From: an uncultured Actinomycetota bacterium
GTDB lineage: Bacteria > Actinomycetota > Thermoleophilia > Gaiellales > Gaiellaceae
Assembly (NCBI GenBank): GCA_963766565.1
Contig: CAVYAQ010000003.1
Coordinates: forward strand, 582,338 to 646,337
Length of the DNA: 64,000 nucleotides
Reading direction: 5' to 3'
Below are positions 32,157-38,863 of the stretch, piece by piece. The position numbers and the translations under genes are program-made. Every line of letters begins with the position of its first letter. Positions within the stretch are counted from its first letter, which is position 1. The notes below the pieces were generated by a model. That model did not search any database and was not told the DNA's origin. It saw nothing but the letters and a program-made list of their open reading frames with translations.

Positions 32157-33380
32157 GTGGAGTTCGACCTCACAGCCGAGCAGCGACTGCTTCAGGACAC
32201 AGTACGTGCCTTCGTCGATGACCGGGTCCTTCCGGTCGCGGTTCGAAACGACATCGATCACCGGCTCGATCTCGACCTGATCGCAGGGATGGCGGAGCTC
32301 GGGATCCTCGGGATCGTGATCCCGGAGGAATACGGCGGCGCGGGGCTCGACTTCGTCGCCGAGGCGCTCGCGTGCGAGGAGATCGAGCGCGGCGAGGCCG
32401 CGTTCCGGACGCTGATCTCGGTGCACGTGGGGCTGAACTCGCTCTCTCTGCTGCGGTACGGCTCCGAGGCGCAGAAGCAGCGATGGCTCGTGCCGCAGGC
32501 CCACGGGACGAAGCTCGCCTGCTTCGGGCTGACCGAGCCGGAGGCCGGTTCCGACGTCGCGGCGATGCGCTCGACCGCACGCCGCGAGGGCGACGTCTAC
32601 GTGCTGAACGGGCAGAAGAACTGGATCTCCTACGCGACGGTCGCCGATCACGCCCTCGTGTTCGCGAAGACCGACGCGGAGGCCGGCCACAGAGGGATCA
32701 CGGCGTTCATGCTGGAGAAGGGGACGCCCGGGTTCACCTCGGCGGACACCGAGAACAAGCTGGGGATCTGGGCGGGGTCGACGGGCGAGCTCTTCTTCGA
32801 GAACGTCGAGGTGCCGGCCGAAAACCGGATCGGCGAGGAAGGGCAGGGGTTCGAGATCGCGATGTACTCACTCGACCAGGGGCGATTCACGGTTGCTGCC
32901 GGCGCCTGCGGTGTGGTGCGCGCGTGCCTGGAGCGCTCGACGGAGTACGCGCGGGATCGTGAGACGTTCGGGAGCGAGATCGGGCGCTATCAGTTCGTAC
33001 AGGACATGATCGCGAAGATGGTGCTCGGATACGAGACGTCGAAGCTGCTCGTGATGCAGGCGGCCTGGATGAAGAACGCGGGCAAGCGCTCGACGCGCGA
33101 GACGTCGCTCGCGAAATGGCATGCGACGGAGTCGGCCTTCGAGGCTTCTCACCTCGCGATCCAGGTGTTTGGCTCGTACGGCTACAGCGCGGAGTTCGGG
33201 ATCGAACGGTATTTCCGCAACGCCCGAGCGCCGATCATCTACGAAGGAACGACCCAGATCCACAAGATGATGCAGGCCGAGCACGCCCTCGGCTACCGGC
33301 AGTTGAACGGCGCCCATGGCGAGGTCTCTCCGATCTGCTCGTGGGCGCCGGCGCTCTCACCGGCTCACGCGCGCTCATAG
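32157..33380 (+). CDS. acyl-CoA dehydrogenase
   Basis: It contains CFGLTEPEAGSDVAAM...NGQKNWIS...YEGTTQIH... in a full-length ACAD pattern. Confidence 0.9.
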   Translation: MEFDLTAEQRLLQDTVRAFVDDRVLPVAVRNDIDHRLDLDLIAGMAELGILGIVIPEEYGGAGLDFVAEALACEEIERGEAAFRTLISVHVGLNSLSLLRYGSEAQKQRWLVPQAHGTKLACFGLTEPEAGSDVAAMRSTARREGDVYVLNGQKNWISYATVADHALVFAKTDAEAGHRGITAFMLEKGTPGFTSADTENKLGIWAGSTGELFFENVEVPAENRIGEEGQGFEIAMYSLDQGRFTVAAGACGVVRACLERSTEYARDRETFGSEIGRYQFVQDMIAKMVLGYETSKLLVMQAAWMKNAGKRSTRETSLAKWHATESAFEASHLAIQVFGSYGYSAEFGIERYFRNARAPIIYEGTTQIHKMMQAEHALGYRQLNGAHGEVSPICSWAPALSPAHARS

Positions 33381-33812
33381 GCCGAAGCGGCCGCTCCACG
33401 GCCAGTCGTGCGCGGCGGTGCACAGACCGGCGCGCACAGGGTTGTTCCAGACGTACTCGCACGCGTTACCGAGGTGGTCGTCGCCGTCGATCACCTTTGC
33501 GTGAAATCTCGACTGGAAGAGATGGCCGACGCGGCCGTATCGGTCGTTGAACTGCCTGGCGTACGTGCCGTTGATGCGATGGAACCCCCAGGAGACCCGT
33601 TTGAGCTCCGCCTCGACGATGACGTGGAAATGGTTCGGCATCGCGCAGTAGGCATGACACTTCCACCCTGCACGCAGACCGTCGAGATGGAGGATCACGT
33701 CGAAGAACGCGTGGTCGTCGTCGTCGAGGTAGATGACGCAGCGATCGACACCTCGTGCCGTCACATGGAAGACGCCGTAGCTCGGAAGCACCGATCGCGG
33801 GAGCCGAGCCAC
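33375..33812 (-). CDS. IS200-like Y1 (HUH) transposase of the REP-associated tyrosine transposase (RAYT) type
   Basis: It contains YGVFHVTARG...AYCAMPNHFHVIV (HUH)...GTYARQFN (Tyr)...GHLFQSRFHAKVI...YVWNNPVRAGL...WPWSG. No tnpB is adjacent. Confidence 0.8.
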   Translation of the reverse strand: MARLPRSVLPSYGVFHVTARGVDRCVIYLDDDDHAFFDVILHLDGLRAGWKCHAYCAMPNHFHVIVEAELKRVSWGFHRINGTYARQFNDRYGRVGHLFQSRFHAKVIDGDDHLGNACEYVWNNPVRAGLCTAAHDWPWSGRFGL

Positions 33813-33885
33813 GCCGGGAACCTAGCCCCGAAGCGCCCTCACCGCATCGTCGCTTCAAGCCCACGACCCGGGCCGCGTTGCCACT

Positions 33886-34260
33886 TCAGGCCATGGCCAG
33901 GGACGTACGCGCGACCGCTTCGCCCCCCTTTTTGCGTCGATCAGCGACGCGTCAACGATCACCCGCGACCAACTCAACCGTTCCCGCTCGACGAGCTGGT
34001 CTTGCAACGCGGCAAGCACCCGTTCGAACACCCCGCGCTGCTGCCACTCCCCAGCCGCCGCCGACAGGTCTCACCGCTGGGCAGCCCCAACTCCCGATAC
34101 GGCACCTCCGACCAGGGCGTATCCGTGAACAACACGTACAAGATCCCGTCCAGGCACTGCCGCGGCGAGTACCGAGACCGGCCCGGATACCGGAACCGTC
34201 GCGGCGGATCCTCGAGCCACGGGCCCACAAGCGCCCACATCTCGTCGCTCGACCGCCACC
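33886..34260 (-). pseudogene. IS5/IS4-family transposase N-terminal (DUF4096-type) remnant, frameshifted and truncated
   Basis: SDEMWALVGPWLEDPP...QCLDGILYVLFTDTPWSEVPYRELGLPSGETCRRRL is followed, after loss of one G in a G-run (about 34047-34050), by EWQQRGVFERVLAALQDQLVERERLSWSRVIVDASLIDAKKGGEAV. There is a stop at 33888-33886 and no DDE domain. Confidence 0.7.
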
Positions 34261-34365
34261 GATACCCCCTCACACGACCCACCCGACGCTCCGCAAAACC
34301 GCATGAGAAATAGTCATACGCCACCGGTTCGACGTCACAGAAGGTCCCGGGGCATCCAGTCCCCA

Positions 34366-34412
34366 GCCGTGGCTCCGCGGGACACTGTCCAGGGACAGTC
34401 CCTGGACGTGGC
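34366..34412 (-). repeat. REP-like intergenic repeat, copy B (perfect 10-1-10 palindrome core)
   Basis: The reverse complement reads GCCACGTCCAGGGACTGTCCCTGGACAGTGTCCCGCGGAGCCACGGC. The core is GTCCAGGGAC-N-GTCCCTGGAC. Confidence 0.7.
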
Positions 34413-34425
34413 CCCTGAGGACAGG

Positions 34426-34896
34426 TCAGAGCTCGCCGTGCCAGTAGTCGACGGCCGCCGAGCGAGGGAAGAGGAGCTTCACCTCGCCGTCGCCCGACCA
34501 GACTCCGACCTTGTCGCTGTCGGGATAGACGGCGACGGCGGTCTTCTGTTTCGTCGAGAGCATCGCGACGAGCGCCGTCTCCGCGCCGTGGTTCGTGACC
34601 TTGTGCGCGCCTTCCGGGCCGGCTGGGAAGCAGACGACGTCGCCCGCATCGAGCTTCGTCTCTCCCTCGGGGTCGCGAAGCGTCGGACTGCCCTGGAGCA
34701 CGAGCAGCCATTCCTCGCTGGGATATTCGTAGTGGTAGGGGCAGATGCTCTGCCCCTGGGACAGCTCGTAAACCGTCATCCCGAGTGCGGAACCGCCGAC
34801 GAGCGGCCCGATCCGGGCGTACGGGACTTCGTACCCGGCCGGATCGCCCTCGTCACGAGCCCGCGGCGCGTCGAAGAGATTCGCCTCGGGCGTCAC
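34426..34896 (-). CDS. cupin-domain protein (paralog 2)
   Basis: It contains YELSQGQSICPYHYEYPSEEWLLVLQGSPTLRDPEGE...AGDVVCFPAGPEGAHKV. The start is GTG at 34896, in a GTGA overlap with the upstream cupin stop. Confidence 0.75.
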   Translation of the reverse strand: MTPEANLFDAPRARDEGDPAGYEVPYARIGPLVGGSALGMTVYELSQGQSICPYHYEYPSEEWLLVLQGSPTLRDPEGETKLDAGDVVCFPAGPEGAHKVTNHGAETALVAMLSTKQKTAVAVYPDSDKVGVWSGDGEVKLLFPRSAAVDYWHGEL

Positions 34897-35330
34897 TCGC
34901 CCTCCCAGTAGTCGACCGCATCCTCGAGGCGAAACACCTTCCTCGGATGAGAGACGCCGACCTTCCCGCTGTCCGGGTACTCCGAGACCTCGAGGGACGC
35001 GCTCGCGGAGATGATGAGCACCGTTCCGGGCCCGCGAACCTGATGGGCGCCGTCCGCCCCCGTCGCAAAACAGACGACGTCGCCCGCGCGAAGAACCCGC
35101 TCCCCATCTGGATCCCGCAAGGTGGGCGTCCCCGAGATCACGACGACCCACTCCTCGATCGCATGATGGAAATGGAACGGGTAGGTGCGCTCCCCGTCGG
35201 GCAGCTCGTAGAGCGTCGCTCCCATCTGGGAGCCGCCGATTGCGCGGCCGATCCGTGCGGAGCGCGACCGATACCCCTCGCGATCCGAGGAGTGCCCGAG
35301 CTCGGGCCTGAAGACATTGGCGCGACGCAC
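34893..35330 (-). CDS. cupin-domain protein (paralog 1)
   Basis: YELPDGERTYPFHFHHAIEEWVVVISGTPTLRDPDGE...AGDVVCFATGADGAHQV is colinear with the downstream paralog. Confidence 0.75.
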   Translation of the reverse strand: MRRANVFRPELGHSSDREGYRSRSARIGRAIGGSQMGATLYELPDGERTYPFHFHHAIEEWVVVISGTPTLRDPDGERVLRAGDVVCFATGADGAHQVRGPGTVLIISASASLEVSEYPDSGKVGVSHPRKVFRLEDAVDYWEGE

Positions 35331-35339
35331 CTCGCCAGA

Positions 35340-36023
35340 CTATTCGAGTCCGAGGGCCGCCGAAAGCCCCCGCAGATCGGGCAGAGCATCCCCGAACTCG
35401 GGATGACGCCCCTCGCGATCGATCAGCACCGCCCGCATCCCGACCGCGCGGGCCCCCTCGATGTCGTCGGGCACCGTGTCCCCGACCATCGCCGCCTGCT
35501 CCGGACTGACGCCGAGCAGCGCCAGCAGCGCGAGGAAGATCGACTCGTGCGGCTTCGTCTTGCCATGCGCGAACGAGGTGAGCACGGCGTCGGCGTCGAG
35601 GCCGTGATGACTCACGAAATCGGTCAGGTTCCGCGACGAGTTCGAGAGCAAGCCGATCGAGAGCCCATGGGCGCGGACCGAGGCGAGAGCCGGCACGACG
35701 TCGTCGTAGAGCTCGAAGTGATGAGAGTGCGCCCACCTTCGCTCCATCTCCACGGCAGCGCGATAGGTGTCCCCCGCGCCTCCCATCCCGATGATGATCC
35801 GTTCGGTGAAGAGCACCCAGATCTCCTCGTCGTGGTCGAGCTCGGGGTGACGCTGGACCTCGGAGAAGGCCGCCGCCCGTGCCTCCTCGTACCGGGACGG
35901 ATCGAGGTCGAAGCCGTAGCGGAGCCCGAGCCGGTGGTAACCCTCCGGCCCGAGGTCCGGCCCCGGCCGGGCCAGCGTGAAATCGACATCGAAGACGACT
36001 GCGCGAAGCGTGGCCCCAGGCAT
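35340..36023 (-). CDS. HAD-superfamily hydrolase
   Basis: ATG at 36023. It contains VVFDVDFTLARP (motif I), LLSNSS (motif II), K...MVGDTVPDDIEGA (motifs III/IV). Confidence 0.8.
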   Translation of the reverse strand: MPGATLRAVVFDVDFTLARPGPDLGPEGYHRLGLRYGFDLDPSRYEEARAAAFSEVQRHPELDHDEEIWVLFTERIIIGMGGAGDTYRAAVEMERRWAHSHHFELYDDVVPALASVRAHGLSIGLLSNSSRNLTDFVSHHGLDADAVLTSFAHGKTKPHESIFLALLALLGVSPEQAAMVGDTVPDDIEGARAVGMRAVLIDREGRHPEFGDALPDLRGLSAALGLE

Positions 36024-36104
36024 GAGAGCCCAGGATAGAAGCGGCCACGGGGCCTGCGTCGCCGCCTCCAACGCACGGAACCTGCTCACGGAGGACGGGC
36101 TCAC

Positions 36105-36128
36105 GGGGGAACCCTGTTCGGTTCCCCC
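36105..36128 (-). terminator. perfect 9-bp GC hairpin 8 nt downstream of the tRNA-Pro 3' end
   Basis: GGGGGAACC-ctgttc-GGTTCCCCC. It has no U-tract. It may act as a terminator or a processing signal. Confidence 0.35.
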
Positions 36129-36136
36129 GTGCTCCA

Positions 36137-36210
36137 TCGGGGTGCCCAGATTTGAACTGGGGGCCTCTCCGACCCGAACGGAGCGCGCTACCAGGCTGCG
36201 CCACACCCCG
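36137..36210 (-). tRNA. tRNA-Pro (anticodon CGG)
   Basis: Hand-folded 74-nt cloverleaf. The acceptor is CGGGGTG/CACCCCG with discriminator A. The D stem is GCGC/GCGC. The anticodon stem CTCCG/CGGAG carries loop TTCGGGT. The variable loop is AGGCC. The T arm is CCCAG-TTCAAAT-CTGGG. CCA is not encoded. Confidence 0.93.
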
Positions 36211-36253
36211 AGCGGGAGAATGGTACCGGTACCGGAGCGTCGGGCCAACCCGC

Positions 36254-36283
36254 TTGCAAGACAACCGCTCGATCAACTATCGT
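36254..36283 (+). promoter_or_regulatory. candidate sigma70-like promoter TTGCAA-N18-TATCGT
   Basis: The hexamers are at 36254-36259 and 36278-36283. The element points toward the hairpin/T-tract at 36359-36395 and the small ORF at 36449. Confidence 0.3.
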
Positions 36284-36358
36284 ACGAGCTGGTGAACAGG
36301 CTCCGGACAGGGCGGGTCGCGCGGTAATGCCTGCCTCCGGATACCTGCGGAAGATCCA

Positions 36359-36395
36359 GCCCGCCTGCGCCTCGAGCGCGGCGGGCTGTTTTTTT
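36359..36395 (+). terminator. intrinsic-terminator-like hairpin plus T7 tract (plus strand)
   Basis: GCCCGCC(T)GCGC-ctcga-GCGCGGCGGGC is followed by TGTTTTTTT. This is the only classical stem plus U-tract I noticed in the window. It lies 53 nt upstream of the ATG at 36449. Confidence 0.5.
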
Positions 36396-36448
36396 GCTGC
36401 ACGACTGTCGAACTCGAAACAGGATTGAGCTCACGACGAAAGGACAGC

Positions 36449-36619
36449 ATGGCCAACCATCTGACGCCTGAAGAGCTTTCCAAGGAAGTCGGGATCGAAC
36501 GCGCCGAAGTGATCCGGATCTGCATCGAGGAAGCCGTGCCGATCTACCAGGGAAAGATCGACAAGACCCTCTTCCAGGCTCATCTCGCTGCGCTGGACGC
36601 GCTACCGCAGCAGCACTAG
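36449..36619 (+). CDS. small hypothetical protein (56 aa) with excisionase/MerR-like HTH pattern
   Basis: The ATG at 36449 is preceded by AAAGGA. The protein is MANHLTPEELSKEVGIERAEVIRICIEEAVPIYQGKIDKTLF, whose spacing resembles HTH_17/Xis proteins. The coding-potential evidence is modest. Confidence 0.45.
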   Translation: MANHLTPEELSKEVGIERAEVIRICIEEAVPIYQGKIDKTLFQAHLAALDALPQQH

Positions 36620-36643
36620 CTGTCAGCAGAGCGAAGTCCCGGT

Positions 36644-37489
36644 CTAGCCCGTCGCGGCGCGTTTCTTACGCGCGGCGGGCTTCTTCTCGGGGGAGCCGCC
36701 CTTCGAGGCGGCAACCGAGGCCCGTAGCGCTTCCATCAGATCGATCACCGGAGCATCCTCGGCCTTCGCTTCCGGCTCGACGAGCTCCCGGCCCTCGAGC
36801 TTGGCCTCGAGCAGGTCCCGCAAGCGCGTGCGGTATTCGCTCCGGAGCTCGGCCGGGTCGAACTTGCCCTCGAGCCCGGAGATGATCTGCCGGGCCAACG
36901 CGAGCTCCTCTTTCTTCACACCGGTCGCGGCGACGGGCTCGTCGATCTCCTCCTGGCTCCTGACGTCCTCTGCCAGAAACAGCGTCTCGAGCGCCAGTGC
37001 ATGCCCCTTCGGCCGGATCAGGCAGAGCTTCTCCTTCCCTGCCAGGACGAATGACCCGAGCCCGACGACTCCGGCTTCGGCCATCGCCTCGATCAGGAGC
37101 GCGTAGGGCCGGCGCTGCGCCTCGGTCGCGGCGGGAACCAGGTAGTAGGTTCGGTCGAAGAAGATCGGGTCGACCTCAGCTGCAGGGACGAACCGCCGGA
37201 TCTCGATCGCGCGTGAGGTGTCGAAGCTCTCGAGCGCTTCGAGCTCCTCGTCCTCGACCGGCACGAACTGTCCCTTGGCCGCCTCCCAGCCCTTGACGAT
37301 CTCATCAGGCGCGAGCTCGACGTCGTGGAACGGGCACCAGCGCTTCTGCTTGATCGGCGTGAGGCACGTGCGATGGAGCAGCTTGAACTGGACGTCCGAT
37401 TGACGCGCAGAGGACGCCGTGGCCGGCGAGAGCCCGACAGGAATGCTGACGAGCCCGAAGCTGATCGATCCGTTCCAGGTTGTGCGCAT
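36644..37489 (-). CDS. ku: non-homologous end-joining protein Ku
   Basis: MRTTWNGSISFGLVSIPVGL...YYLVP... matches bacterial Ku. The C-terminal tail is basic. Confidence 0.93.
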   Translation of the reverse strand: MRTTWNGSISFGLVSIPVGLSPATASSARQSDVQFKLLHRTCLTPIKQKRWCPFHDVELAPDEIVKGWEAAKGQFVPVEDEELEALESFDTSRAIEIRRFVPAAEVDPIFFDRTYYLVPAATEAQRRPYALLIEAMAEAGVVGLGSFVLAGKEKLCLIRPKGHALALETLFLAEDVRSQEEIDEPVAATGVKKEELALARQIISGLEGKFDPAELRSEYRTRLRDLLEAKLEGRELVEPEAKAEDAPVIDLMEALRASVAASKGGSPEKKPAARKKRAATG

Positions 37490-37579
37490 GAGCAGGTGAG
37501 AAGTCTAGAGGGCGGTTCCCACTCTTCGCCTCCCCCACACCGGGTTCCTGCGCGTGTGGTGTGAGTGCGAGCCGTCGGG

Positions 37580-38734
37580 CTACGAAACGCGGCGTGCGCC
37601 GTCGTAACCCGCAGCGTACGAACCGCTGTCGAGGCTCGAGACCTGGACGACCGTGCCCGTGTGCGGGGCGTGGACGAACTCACCGCCGCCGATGTAGATC
37701 CCGACGTGCCCGTCGCCGTCGAAGAGGACGATGTCTCCGGGCTGGAGCTGATCCTTCGGCACCGGCGTCCCGACGCTCGCCATCGCGTAGGAGGAGTGCG
37801 GCAGCGAGACGCCGACCTGCGAGTAGGCGTACATCACGAGCCCCGAGCAGTCGAACCCGCCGGGTGAGGCGCCCGCCCACACATACGGCGTCCCGAGATA
37901 CTGCAGCGCCACACCTGCTACGCCGGTGTGGCTCGACGGCGGGACCACGGTCGCTCCCTCAGGTGTCGACGCGGTCGCACCGACTGCATCGGTGGCAAAC
38001 GTCTGGGAGGCCTGAACCTGGGTTCCCACGACCCTTGCCTGCGCAGCCTGCGAGGCTCTCAGCTCGGCGGCCTGCTGGGCGGCGAGCAGCCGCTGTACCT
38101 CTCCGTTCAGCGACGTCAGCAGACTCCGCTTCTCCCCCAAGCGCACCTCGATCGCATGGCGCTCCTGCGTCCGCTCGGCGAGGAGCCGCGTGACCTGCGC
38201 CCCCTCGGTCGCGAGCGCGGCTCGGCTCTCGAGAACCGCGTCCTTGAAGTGCACGACCTGAATGGCGACCTGAGTGTCGAGGCTGGAGACGCGGTTCGCG
38301 GTGTCGATGCGCGTCAACACCTGCCCGAGGTTCTGCGACCCGAGGATGACCTCGAGTGTCGAGGTCTGCCCTGCCGTGTACAGCTTGACTAGCCGGACGG
38401 CGATCGTCCGGCGGCTCTTCCCGAGGTTGCGCTTCGCGATCACGAGCTCGTGACGGTTGGTCACGATCTCCGCGCGAACCCGTGCAAGCTTCAGGTTCGC
38501 GAGGTTGACGAGCTCGTCCGAACGACCGAGGCTCGCGTTCAGCTCGTTGATCTCACCCACGACCTGTTGCGCCTCGGCCTGCGTGCCGGAGATCGACGGG
38601 GAAGGCGAAGCGGCGGCCTGCGAGGCCGTGAAGAGAGCCGCAGCGAGAAAGAGCAGCACGTATGGCGCAAATCCCCACCTCGCAGCCTGCGAGACCTCCG
38701 AGGATCGGCGCACCGGGTGGGTCCGGCACGTCAC
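37580..38734 (-). CDS. secreted NlpC/P60 (C40) peptidoglycan endopeptidase with N-terminal coiled-coil domain (RipA/CwlO-like)
   Basis: The C-terminal domain is YLGTPYVWAGASPGGFDCSGLVMYAY...GDIVLFDGDGHVGIYIG...HAPHTG. A roughly 200-aa heptad-rich region precedes it, along with a signal-like segment FAPYVLLFLAAALFTASQAAA. The exact start is uncertain. Confidence 0.88.
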   Translation of the reverse strand: MTCRTHPVRRSSEVSQAARWGFAPYVLLFLAAALFTASQAAASPSPSISGTQAEAQQVVGEINELNASLGRSDELVNLANLKLARVRAEIVTNRHELVIAKRNLGKSRRTIAVRLVKLYTAGQTSTLEVILGSQNLGQVLTRIDTANRVSSLDTQVAIQVVHFKDAVLESRAALATEGAQVTRLLAERTQERHAIEVRLGEKRSLLTSLNGEVQRLLAAQQAAELRASQAAQARVVGTQVQASQTFATDAVGATASTPEGATVVPPSSHTGVAGVALQYLGTPYVWAGASPGGFDCSGLVMYAYSQVGVSLPHSSYAMASVGTPVPKDQLQPGDIVLFDGDGHVGIYIGGGEFVHAPHTGTVVQVSSLDSGSYAAGYDGARRVS

Positions 38735-38863
38735 GAAGGGGGGACGTTAGCAATCCGATCAGGTACCGGCAACCGGGGACCGCCCCAAAAGCCCTTCAAA
38801 ACCCTCACTTGGGCTTCCGGTCAAGAGGGGAAATCGCGCCCCGACTGTGGTACGGTCCTGCAC

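Noticed and set aside
34426-36276. A 616-aa ORF spanning the cupin gene, the HAD region and the tRNA.
   Set aside because: Only the last 156 codons form a cupin protein. The N-terminal part reads straight through tRNA-Pro (the GVWRSLVARSVRVGEAPSSNLGTP artefact) and through the off-frame of the HAD and cupin-1 genes.
33375-36620. A tRNA-Pro-anchored genomic island or integrative element.
   Set aside because: There is no integrase gene, and I could not spot a direct repeat of the tRNA 3' end between 33.3 and 36.1 kb. The cargo is tiny (two cupins and a HAD). It is better described as a small scar with IS/RAYT debris.
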